Assembly (NCBI GenBank): GCA_000002445.1
Contig: AE017150.2
Span: 512,001 to 576,000 of the forward strand
DNA length: 64,000 nt
Source of the DNA: Trypanosoma brucei
Lineage: Eukaryota
Direction: 5' to 3'
This document shows, piece by piece, positions 55,526-64,000 of this stretch. The notes beneath the pieces were generated by a model that saw nothing but the letters and a program-made list of their open reading frames with translations, was not told the origin of the DNA and did no database searches. The first letter of the stretch is position 1. Every line of letters starts with the position of its first letter. Position numbers and translations under genes: made by a program.

Positions 55526-57217
55526 ATGTCACGGCGTGCTGAGGCCCTGGGGGCACTCAATCCACAGCAGCAACAACAAATTATCCATGACGAGCACCCA
55601 CGTATGATCGGAGTGCAGAATGAGCTGCTGGAAACGAGTGTTAGCGAACAACTCAGCCCTCTTGCAGGATTCCTCGTGCGAACACTCAACCGTTGTGGTC
55701 CTCTCACGCTGAAAGCTCTCGCTGAAGCTGTCAGGCAGGAACCCTTCGGAAACCCCTTGAGGAGTAGCAAAGGTGGCGGCGCAAGTGTTAGCGGCGGCAG
55801 CGTCAATGAGGCGGTGAAGCAGGTAAGCAGCCCGATTCCGCTTCCCGTGACCGCACCAAGTGATATTGTAACCGATGCAGCTATCAAAGAGATCATGACA
55901 CGGTTGCTGTTGCACCGCGTTGTGCAACATGACCCGTCTTCCAGTACTTATAGCGTGGCACTGGGATACGGATTATTTCTGCGCACCCTCTTCCCTGTTG
56001 TTGTGCAGTTTTTTCAACGCAACTTCGGAGAGACGGGTGTGACAATTTTAATGGTGTTTTATCAGCTTGCCGTTGTACCATGGGAAGCAGCTCTGCGACT
56101 GGCAACCGAGCGTCGGCCGGCGCTTGGCGAGGCACTTCGTCATTGTGCACGGGAGATGGAAAAACTGGGTCTTATTGAATTTCTTCCAGATAAATTGCCG
56201 GGACAAGCTGCAACGGCATCCCCATCTAATGCCGGCTCGGGGACGCGTGTAGAGGGGCCTGGGGAAACGGTTGCAGCGGACGCTTGTCTGCAGGAACTTT
56301 GCCGGTTACACGTTCCTAACATTCTCTTTGAGATGCTCCGTGACGCCATCCATCGCCACCTTCTTGCCGAGCGGTTCGCCGATGGCAGCGGGTCAAACGG
56401 TGGTGGCAGTGTGGCCTCAGCCATTGTTGAAGCCTTTACCGCTTCTGCGCGCTGCCGTCGGTTTAGTGAACGCGTGTCCGGCTTTCCAGCGGCTCGTCCC
56501 CCAAGTAGCGCATCAATGCCGCTTCGTGCACTTTTGCGTGAGGTACCACACCCCGAGCCCACTGTGACGGAGGTATTAAACCGTATGTGCCGCGCAGAGG
56601 GCGATAACATAATGAGCTGTGGTGGCGGTGCAGGTGTAGATGCACTGGAAGGACCGTACCGCTTTCGGTATGATGCGGCTGTGGAGGCCATGCAACGGGA
56701 CTGTTGTGAGCGGATGGTGTTCGCGCGCCACGGTGTGCTTGGTGTGCGGTTGATCAAGTTGCTTCTTCAGCACCACCACATGGAGGATCGTATGTTAGCT
56801 GAGGAGGCCATAGCGACACTCCCCCGCACGCGAGAGGTGCTTCATGCGATGATGCGTGACGGGTATGTGCGTCAGCAGGAGGTACCTAAGACAAGTACAT
56901 TGACTGACCGGCTTCCAAAGAACTCTATTTTCCTTTGGGGATGTAACATGGAGAGTGACCTCCTGCCCACTGTACGGCTGCAAGTGGCAATGGCATTACG
57001 ACTAACGATAACACGGCTCGCGATGGAACGAAATAATGGTGTGGGTCCCGGCACAGCAATGCCAACTCCAATGAACATCGTGGCGTCTGCTACCGCTACC
57101 ATAAACGGTGATGTTCATCCAACCGGTGGTTCTTATGAAAGCAAACACGCAGTTGCGGCCCTGGAGAGCAGTGCAACGGCGTTGATGGACATGATGCTAG
57201 TTTTGGACTTTTACTAA
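55526..57217 (+). CDS. Hypothetical protein (563 aa).
   Basis: ATG at 55526. Normal-complexity ORF collinear with its neighbours. I considered a weak resemblance of the N-terminal region to winged-helix proteins such as RNA Pol III C82, but cannot support it. Confidence 0.7.
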   Translation: MSRRAEALGALNPQQQQQIIHDEHPRMIGVQNELLETSVSEQLSPLAGFLVRTLNRCGPLTLKALAEAVRQEPFGNPLRSSKGGGASVSGGSVNEAVKQVSSPIPLPVTAPSDIVTDAAIKEIMTRLLLHRVVQHDPSSSTYSVALGYGLFLRTLFPVVVQFFQRNFGETGVTILMVFYQLAVVPWEAALRLATERRPALGEALRHCAREMEKLGLIEFLPDKLPGQAATASPSNAGSGTRVEGPGETVAADACLQELCRLHVPNILFEMLRDAIHRHLLAERFADGSGSNGGGSVASAIVEAFTASARCRRFSERVSGFPAARPPSSASMPLRALLREVPHPEPTVTEVLNRMCRAEGDNIMSCGGGAGVDALEGPYRFRYDAAVEAMQRDCCERMVFARHGVLGVRLIKLLLQHHHMEDRMLAEEAIATLPRTREVLHAMMRDGYVRQQEVPKTSTLTDRLPKNSIFLWGCNMESDLLPTVRLQVAMALRLTITRLAMERNNGVGPGTAMPTPMNIVASATATINGDVHPTGGSYESKHAVAALESSATALMDMMLVLDFY

Positions 57218-57458
57218 AGTGTGTTGGGAGGGTGTCCACTCACGGGTTCGTATTTAACTAGGACTCCGTCTATCAGGTGCCGGCTGTCCTCGTTACGGAA
57301 ATGCTTGCAGCTGATTGTTACTGCTTCATCGACTCCCTTATCACGTGTTTTTTTCTTTGTTTCCTTGTTTTTCTAAACACTGCCGGCGCTACAAACTTCG
57401 GCTCTTGACTTATAGTTAAGTAGTGTTGGATACATTTCGTTTCTTTTGAATCCACGAA

Positions 57459-58715
57459 ATGAATTACACTGCGGCCCGCAAGCTGCAGGAGAGGAGGCAA
57501 CGGAGAGAAGAGAAGAGGAGAGCACTCTCGCTAGTGTACGCACAACTTCAGGCAATAATAGAAGCTGGCCGTGGTAGTAAAGATGATGAAGATGAGGAGG
57601 CATCAGAAGCGCCAAGCGTGTCCATGCAGCAGAACAACATTGTTCTGACGGCCACCACCAACGTGACGGGTGGACTTGGCCGACCTACGGCGTCCGCTAT
57701 GAGGAGGTACACCAACAAAGACCGCCGCCTCCCGACAATTTTCCAGGAGCAGCGGCAGACCACCCACAACATTGACCTGTTGTGTACTGAACTCAAGGGC
57801 CAAATATCAAAGATGGAGGGGGAGTTTGGCCGCCGTCGCAGGGCGCTTCAGGGCTCTCCGCTCGGTGACGTTCGAAACCGATTGGTATCAAGATCCAGGA
57901 CACCTCTTACAACTACACAGCTGCAGAAATACAAAGGAAGAAGCGATTCGCCTCAGGATGGGGATGTTAGTGGTGGCGAAGGTAATGACGGTAACAGTGG
58001 AGGAGTTGAGACCGGACCCCGACGCGGTGATATTGAGCGCGTGCGTGTTGCTGCTGCAGATGAGGGTTTACGAGATGATCAGTCCGTCTCTGATTACGCT
58101 GCGGAACCCGACATCCCAATGTACTCTCCGGGGCGTACCCTCCGTGACGAGGTGGAGGCGATGGATGATTCCATCAAGAAGGTGAGCCAATGCATGGCCT
58201 CCATGATGTTATTAGAGGAGATGGACTCAGGCAACCCCTGGTGGGAATCTGCTATGCTTGTCCGAGAGATGAAGGCGTGCAACATTCGTGCAAATTATCA
58301 TGTTCGTTGCGTGTTGAAGTGGATCGTTCGTGCGCAGGAACACTTTCTTCTGGAGGCAGTCTCTAAGAATAGCCAATCGGCTCGTTGTAGCGAAGAGATG
58401 GTGTATATGCGCGAGCAGGTGGGCCTATTTTCCCAGCGAATCGAACAGAGTAGGAAACTTCTGACGGAGGTGGAGGCTGAAATTGCGAACTTAAAAAGTT
58501 CCCTCAATGAGGCTACTGTGATGCGGAATGAGCTACTAGAACAATTGTTGAAGGAGGCCTGCGAGTCTAATATGTTACCGCCGGGATCCACAAATCTGCA
58601 GTCCGCGGAATTGGTGATGCTATTGGAGTATGTTATGTGGCCAGTATCTCTGCTCTCAGATGTGGAACGTGTCAAGGCTTGGGTTCAATCTCAGGACACT
58701 CAGTTGGATGTATAG
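57459..58715 (+). CDS. Hypothetical protein (418 aa) with a basic N-terminus and a C-terminal coiled coil.
   Basis: ATG at 57459. 'RKLQERRQRREEKRRA', then an acidic patch, then 'SRKLLTEVEAEIANLKSSLNEATVMRNELLEQLLKEA'. Only 241 bp separate it from the upstream gene. Confidence 0.7.
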   Translation: MNYTAARKLQERRQRREEKRRALSLVYAQLQAIIEAGRGSKDDEDEEASEAPSVSMQQNNIVLTATTNVTGGLGRPTASAMRRYTNKDRRLPTIFQEQRQTTHNIDLLCTELKGQISKMEGEFGRRRRALQGSPLGDVRNRLVSRSRTPLTTTQLQKYKGRSDSPQDGDVSGGEGNDGNSGGVETGPRRGDIERVRVAAADEGLRDDQSVSDYAAEPDIPMYSPGRTLRDEVEAMDDSIKKVSQCMASMMLLEEMDSGNPWWESAMLVREMKACNIRANYHVRCVLKWIVRAQEHFLLEAVSKNSQSARCSEEMVYMREQVGLFSQRIEQSRKLLTEVEAEIANLKSSLNEATVMRNELLEQLLKEACESNMLPPGSTNLQSAELVMLLEYVMWPVSLLSDVERVKAWVQSQDTQLDV

Positions 58716-59240
58716 ACAGCAATATTCAAGTGTTGAGGTGAGTTCGCAAAAAAGCCGTGTTTCATCGGCTAATAAACTTCACCAAATGCGCCCGGTGTTA
58801 TCTGTCTTTCACAACTGTGCGTATTTACACGTGTGTACTTTATTTTGCCCTTTCCTTCTCCCTTCGCAGGGAGTCCGGGAGAGCTTTTCACCCTATGAGC
58901 AGCTAAATTATGTACTTCCTGTGCTTCTCATAGCGGATGGGATCTGTTCGCGACAAGCGTGTAGGGTACGTTTTGTCTTCCTGCTGGCAGCTTTTACCCC
59001 AAATTCCTCCGTCTTTCCCCTTCCTTCGCATTTACACATGTGCTCTCTACTTTTTTTTTGCTTTTCGCACTTTCCTGATGCTTCTGTTTTAATTAAACCA
59101 ACTTTATTGGCACGATTGCTAGGAGTTTACATCAGTACGGTGCAAACGGTGCGCGGGTGTGGTAGCACCTCGTTTCAGAAATAGTTTTCCTCTAGAAAAC
59201 TGGGACAAACACATTCTTCCTATCCATACAAAATCACAGA

Positions 59241-62200
59241 ATGTCTGATGCGTCCGTTAATGACGTCGCACGTGTGGAATCGGCGGGCGCCAATCGCCTG
59301 CAGGAAATAGCACAGTTCGATGAAGTGCGACAAGATAATCTTAATTTTGAGTACTATGAGCGCCAGTTCCAGGAGGTGCTTATGAGCCTTGAGAACGACG
59401 AGGTGCTCGCCGCTTTCCGAACTGAATACGCGTCCCTCTACCACTCTTTCCTGAAGAGTCACGATGGTGAGTCACGCCTGTTGAAGAAGTGCATCGAGCT
59501 GCAAGCGGACATCGACACCTGCTCATCTAAGCTGGTTACCGCGGATGAGCTTTCCCGTGGCGACAAGAACACCATCGATACCCTTCGAATTGAGATTGAG
59601 AAGACGCGGAAGAAAATTGATGTCACAAAGGAGCGTGAGGCGGCTCTGAAGGACAAAGTAGCTGCCCTTCGGCGGGAACTGCGGGACTTGGAGGAAAAGT
59701 CGCATTTGCAGGTCGAGTTGACGTCACAGAAGGCAGCAATGCAGAGCCTGCAGCGCACGCTTGAAACTGTGACGAAAGAGCGTGAATTGCAAGCGCTTCA
59801 GTTGAGTTCTCTGAGGCAGGATTACTCTTTGTTAGAGAAGAGAATGGAGCGCCTGCGAGAAGTTAAGGATTCAGGGGATATGGAGCTTCAGAAGATGCGG
59901 AGTGCAATTGATGAGAAACAAGAGGAGGCTGATGTCCATAAGGCGCTCAGGCTACGCAAGGAGGAGGAACTTCGTGAGTTGCGACAGGACATTACCCAAC
60001 GTGCAGCTTCAGTTCAGGAGCGCCAGACTGCGATTGAAAAATTGACGGAGGAAAGCAGTCAGCATAATGTAGACACAAAGAGAACTTTAGATGAAATAAA
60101 CCGACTCTCCCAGGTTTACCAGCAGCTCTCGCAACAGTTGCAACATGTTAACCAAACGAGTCAGGTATGTAATGAAGAGAATGACACCCTCCAGCGGCGT
60201 GTGAATGACTTGTTGGAGGCACTCAAGGCGGCGGAAGTTGAACTTAAATCTGTTAACCGCGTTCACAAGCGGGAGCTGAAGGTTCTGGAGGCTGCTCGAC
60301 GCCGCAACGCCGTTGCGACAAACCGCAGAGCGGAAGCGGAGGCCAACCTCTCGGCCCTTCAAATGGAGCTTCGTATGAGGGAAGATCAACTTGCGGCGGC
60401 GCTGGTTGCGATCGAGGCGGAGGAAAAGCACATTGCTCTCTTATTGAACCAGCGCAACTCGCTGCACAGGGATATACTTAATACTGTGTCAAGGAAGCAG
60501 CAGCAGATCATATTCCTAGACGAGAGACGGTCAACCCTCCACCATCTGGAGTATGAATTACATGCCTTTGTTGAGCATGCACAGCAGCAAAATGAAAAAA
60601 TATTTAAACTCTCACGCGAGTGCGATTCTTATGAAAATGTTATCCAAACAGATGCTGTGCACTGCGCAAACATTATGTGTGAGGTGCAGTTGAGAGAGTC
60701 CCAGCTGGAGGAGTTGAATCAAAACTTGAAGGATGTAGATGTAAGGCTCCAGCAGCAGCAGGGCCTCCTGGAGGCCATGGTACGGGAACGCAGTGTCTAT
60801 AGCAAGCATTACATTCAGTTATGTTCGAGTGTGGCTGAAATTTCACAGGGATTTAAATCCGTTCTCATGCAAATAAAGCAAATACAGGAGGAGATACAGC
60901 GCCGAGAGCGTCGGAGACGTGTGGAGGACGCCGTGATTGAGAAGCTTTCTATCCAACAGAAAAATATAGCGGGTCGAATAGCGCGGTTGCAGCGTCTCAC
61001 CGAGAAGCGCGCTCACTCCGTGCGACAGTTTAACTATGAAGTGAACCGCCTTGGTGAAATTGCTGTGCAGGGAGAAGAAGAGGTGTTGCGCCAACGCCGC
61101 CGTTGCCACGCCGTTCAGAAGGAACGTGATACGCTTGAGTATCAGGTGGTACAGCGTGATTCGGAGCTGCTGGATCTCTACAAGAAATTGCAGGTACAAA
61201 GAACTGTACTGGACAGGGGTAGTGAAATTTATCAGGGGCGCCTTCAGACAATTCAACACCTTCAGCAGCAGATTGGTCAGGTCAGTGGTGAACTTGCCCG
61301 GCTTCGAAAGTTTGCTTCACGACTTCCCGAGTTGCGTGTGAAGGTGAACACCGCTGCGCGTGATCTTCGGCGGGAGCAGTTGCGTGTTGAAGCACTGATG
61401 CAGGAATGCGTGCGTCCCATGAATATTCATCCCAACCACCAACTCTCATGGTCCGAGCCCGAAGTCTATGCGCTGACGGAGAAGGTTAACCACCTCCAGC
61501 GAGAGCTGGTGACGCGACACGCAGAGTTAGCAGAGAAGGAGGATCTCATTCGATCCAGAGAACAGAGTTACCTAAAGTACAAAGCAGAGGTAGCTCGGCA
61601 GGTTGGACCGGAGATGGCGGAGCAAATAGCGGTGTATCAAGGCAACCTTGCCAAAAAGACGGGGCAGATGCGGGCCATGATGCAGAGTCTCAAGTACTTC
61701 CGCGAGCAAACGGAGATGTACCAGGAACGATACAATGAGCTTCATGCCACGTTAGACAGACTCGCTGAAGAGTACATTGAGTCAAGGCAGAGGAGTGGAT
61801 ATAACACAACACAACTTTCCACAAGGGATGGAGGCCGACGTAGTAACTGTGAGGATGCAGATGCTACAAGTGCTGAAGATGTGTACAAGGGTTTTGTGGC
61901 ACCACCCCGTTCAACTCCTAGTGAAGAAGCACCGAGGCGGTTAACTGGTAGCGCATCCACAACGGAGGGTGTAGGGACTGACGCATTGCAACCACAACAT
62001 TCATCACCGGCGCTACCAGAAGCTGAGATACAGAAGGTGGTGGTGGAAGAAGTGGTGGAGGAGTTTGGGGGTGCAGATGTTGCAAGTGCTGAAGATGTGT
62101 ACAAGGGTTTTGTGGCATCTCCCCACTCAACTCCTAGTGAAGAAGCACCGAGGCAGTTAACTGGTAGCGCATCCACAACGGAGGGTGTAGGGACTGACGC

Positions 62201-62339
62201 ATTGCAACCACAACATTCATCACCGGCGCCACCAGAAGCTGAGGATGGTGAAGCTGAAATACAGAAGGCAGTGGTGGAAGAGGTGGTGGAAGAGTTTGGG
62301 GATGAGGAAGATCAGACACCGGGAGAGGAGGGTAAGTGA
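59241..62339 (+). CDS. Long coiled-coil protein (1,032 aa), cytoskeletal/flagellar-type, with a duplicated C-terminal 72-aa module.
   Basis: ATG at 59241. Almost continuous heptad-like, Glu/Lys/Arg/Gln/Leu-rich sequence ('LRRELRDLEEKSHLQVELTSQKAAMQSLQRTLETVTKERELQALQL...'). The C-terminus has two copies of 'SAEDVYKGFVA.P.STPSEEAPR.LTGSASTTEGVGTDALQPQHSSPA.PEAE...IQK.VVEEVVEEFG'. Confidence 0.8.
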   Translation: MSDASVNDVARVESAGANRLQEIAQFDEVRQDNLNFEYYERQFQEVLMSLENDEVLAAFRTEYASLYHSFLKSHDGESRLLKKCIELQADIDTCSSKLVTADELSRGDKNTIDTLRIEIEKTRKKIDVTKEREAALKDKVAALRRELRDLEEKSHLQVELTSQKAAMQSLQRTLETVTKERELQALQLSSLRQDYSLLEKRMERLREVKDSGDMELQKMRSAIDEKQEEADVHKALRLRKEEELRELRQDITQRAASVQERQTAIEKLTEESSQHNVDTKRTLDEINRLSQVYQQLSQQLQHVNQTSQVCNEENDTLQRRVNDLLEALKAAEVELKSVNRVHKRELKVLEAARRRNAVATNRRAEAEANLSALQMELRMREDQLAAALVAIEAEEKHIALLLNQRNSLHRDILNTVSRKQQQIIFLDERRSTLHHLEYELHAFVEHAQQQNEKIFKLSRECDSYENVIQTDAVHCANIMCEVQLRESQLEELNQNLKDVDVRLQQQQGLLEAMVRERSVYSKHYIQLCSSVAEISQGFKSVLMQIKQIQEEIQRRERRRRVEDAVIEKLSIQQKNIAGRIARLQRLTEKRAHSVRQFNYEVNRLGEIAVQGEEEVLRQRRRCHAVQKERDTLEYQVVQRDSELLDLYKKLQVQRTVLDRGSEIYQGRLQTIQHLQQQIGQVSGELARLRKFASRLPELRVKVNTAARDLRREQLRVEALMQECVRPMNIHPNHQLSWSEPEVYALTEKVNHLQRELVTRHAELAEKEDLIRSREQSYLKYKAEVARQVGPEMAEQIAVYQGNLAKKTGQMRAMMQSLKYFREQTEMYQERYNELHATLDRLAEEYIESRQRSGYNTTQLSTRDGGRRSNCEDADATSAEDVYKGFVAPPRSTPSEEAPRRLTGSASTTEGVGTDALQPQHSSPALPEAEIQKVVVEEVVEEFGGADVASAEDVYKGFVASPHSTPSEEAPRQLTGSASTTEGVGTDALQPQHSSPAPPEAEDGEAEIQKAVVEEVVEEFGDEEDQTPGEEGK
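61869..62312. repeat. Tandem duplication, 216-bp unit x 2, inside the 3' end of the coiled-coil gene. Copy 2 carries a short in-frame insertion.
   Basis: 'agtgctgaagatgtgtacaagggttttgtggcacc...' at 61869 recurs at 62085. The near-identical antisense ORF tails at 61918 and 62134 in the track confirm the DNA-level repeat. Confidence 0.9.
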
Positions 62340-62743
62340 GCACACTACTGTGAAGAAGGTAGTGATTCTCCGTATACTCCGTAGAGTAGATGCTTCATCA
62401 ATTATGTCAATGTACATTCCGTGGTGGAACGCGGTGACAGTCCGGGTGAGGAGGATGAGGGCGATGTTAAAGACGATGTAGGGGGTGTATTTTCAATGGC
62501 TTATGCGGGCTTTTCCTCTTTATTATGTCGAATATTATGCACAGGTGGGGGAAGCGAGGAAAAGTTCTGTGCCATTCTCTCTTTTGCGTGTCTAATTTTC
62601 GCGTTTATTCCCAATTATCGTTTGCTGTAGCTGGCCGCGTGTTATAAAAATGAAGAGCCTGGTGTTGTGTTCGCCGAACACGCTTAGTTGCTTCGTGCTC
62701 GTTTATTAAAGCGAAATTTGTGGCTGACTCCCATTTTCACAAC

Positions 62744-62814
62744 TTTCTGTTTTTTCATTCTCTTTTTGTTTTTTGTGCGTGTTTTTTTGCTTCCCCCTTT
62801 TGTCGCATTTTTAG
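62744..62814 (+). promoter_or_regulatory. Polypyrimidine tract + AG, a candidate trans-splice acceptor upstream of HSP78.
   Basis: 'tttctgttttttcattctctttttgttttttgtgcgtgtttttttgcttcccccttttgtcgcatttttag'. Confidence 0.5.
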
Positions 62815-63018
62815 GGATCCGCCGTCGAAATATCGATCGTGTTTCCGAGTCTTGTCGGTGCCCGTGCGGAGTAGCAAAGGGGAACACTTGACATCTTTCG
62901 GTCCATAGACAAGAAAGGAAGTGCACAGCAAGGAGGGAATCAAGGAGTCAACTGACAAAGGTATTCCTACCGCTGAAACTGACGAAAAAAAAAGAGGGAG
63001 ACAAAATAAGCCGAAAGG

Positions 63019-64000
63019 ATGCGAAAGCTGGGTTCGGGTGGCCGTGGTGTGTGGGCAAACAGCTTGACGACAAAACGTACCGTGCAGGTCGGGGGCTATT
63101 CGGCTGTTTCGCTACTACCTTCTACAGCCCCTTTGTGTAATGGGTTAAGTACCTTGTTTGGTGTGCAACGGCGCTTTCAGTCCAGTGTCACGCCATGGGG
63201 TGGTCAACAAGGTGGGGGGAGTGGCAGCAACAGCAACAGTAACACTCAACAGCAACAGGGCCGGGCATGGGTAAACCCACAGGCAGTGCCCCCTGGTGAG
63301 TTTCTAAACAAATATGCCCGCAATTTGACGGAAGAGGCTCGCATGGGACGCCTGGACCCCATTATTGGCAGAGAGGAAATTATCCGCCGTACCATTCAAG
63401 TATTGAGTCGCCGAACGAAAAATAACCCCGTTCTTATCGGAGAACCTGGCGTTGGGAAGACAGCCATTGTGGAAGGATTGGCCCAACGTATTGTCAGTGG
63501 CGAAGTACCGGAGAGTATCAAGGATAAGAAAGTGTTCTCACTAGACATGGGCTCTTTAGTTGCTGGTGCGAAGTTCCGTGGTGAGTTTGAGGAGCGGCTG
63601 AAGGGTGTGCTAAAGGACACAATTGAGTCGCAGGGGAAAGTTATTCTTTTCATTGACGAGTTGCACACCCTCGTTGGGGCGGGGGCATCCGGTGATGGAT
63701 CCATGGACGCGGCGAACCTCCTGAAACCTTCACTCGCCCGTGGTGAGCTTCATTGCGTCGGTGCCACCACTTTGGATGAATACAAGCGTCACATCGAGAA
63801 GGATGCCGCTCTAGCTCGCCGCTTTCAGTCTGTCCTCGTAACTGAGCCCACGGTTGAGGAAACCATCTCCGTGCTACGTGGCATTAAGGAAAAATATGAG
63901 GCCCACCATGGGTGTCTCATTAAGGACGAGGCCCTCGTTTACGCAGCGGTTAATTCCCATCGATACCTCTCAGAGAGGCGGCTACCCGACAAGGCTATCG
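63019..64000 (+). CDS. HSP78: Mitochondrial ClpB-type chaperone (HSP78/Hsp100 family, no N-domain), 5' portion only. The ORF continues past the window end.
   Basis: The ATG at 63019 is preceded by an in-frame TAA at 63007. The N-terminal ~100 aa, '[22 protein letters not shown]...', are basic and hydroxyl-rich, like a presequence plus low-complexity linker. They lead directly into AAA+ NBD1: '[48 protein letters not shown]' (Walker A), '[16 protein letters not shown]' (Walker B), '[29 protein letters not shown]'. The ORF is absent from the track only because it has no stop within the window. Confidence 0.9.
   Translation, partial: MRKLGSGGRGVWANSLTTKRTVQVGGYSAVSLLPSTAPLCNGLSTLFGVQRRFQSSVTPWGGQQGGGSGSNSNSNTQQQQGRAWVNPQAVPPGEFLNKYARNLTEEARMGRLDPIIGREEIIRRTIQVLSRRTKNNPVLIGEPGVGKTAIVEGLAQRIVSGEVPESIKDKKVFSLDMGSLVAGAKFRGEFEERLKGVLKDTIESQGKVILFIDELHTLVGAGASGDGSMDAANLLKPSLARGELHCVGATTLDEYKRHIEKDAALARRFQSVLVTEPTVEETISVLRGIKEKYEAHHGCLIKDEALVYAAVNSHRYLSERRLPDKAI

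Overview
The 64-kb window looks like nuclear DNA from a kinetoplastid, most likely a Trypanosoma and possibly the T. brucei group; the species call is inference. Every credible protein-coding gene (16 plus one weak small ORF) lies on the + strand, head to tail with no introns, which is the polycistronic arrangement typical of trypanosomatids. The genes are separated by pyrimidine-rich spacers full of microsatellites, the kind that carry trans-splicing and polyadenylation signals. No minus-strand ORF looks real. I found no prokaryotic-style operon, CRISPR array or defence island; the novelty here is eukaryotic.

Genes, left to right:
- a 3,429-aa protein built from repeated ASH/MSP-like Ig-fold modules, likely flagellar (7905..18194)
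- a single-copy divergent histone H4, H4V-like (19130..19432)
- a 1,501-aa protein with a two-helix membrane anchor and a C-terminal STE-like Ser/Thr kinase (21630..26135)
- a multipass membrane protein (34712..35638)
- a TPR protein (39545..40846)
- an ARP2/3 complex p20 (ARPC4) orthologue (42106..42648)
- a WD40-like protein (43027..44244)
- a UAA-family nucleotide-sugar-transporter-like protein (44982..46328)
- a mitochondrial carrier (52310..53248)
- a 1,032-aa coiled-coil protein with a 216-bp tandem duplication near its 3' end (59241..62339)
- the 5' part of a mitochondrial ClpB/HSP78 chaperone running off the window end (63019..64000)
- five hypothetical proteins without recognisable domains (36825..37931, 47608..48507, 48834..51776, 55526..57217, 57459..58715).

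Two long ORF-free regions stand out. The first 7.9 kb has a flip in strand composition near 1.2-2.5 kb, which suggests a divergent strand-switch and transcription-start region. An 8.5-kb low-complexity stretch at 26.1-34.6 kb is built from alternating homopurine and homopyrimidine blocks plus microsatellites, with one isolated coding-like island. Smaller observations are listed in the findings.

Several ORF-track entries begin at TTG or GTG; I moved those starts to the first ATG.
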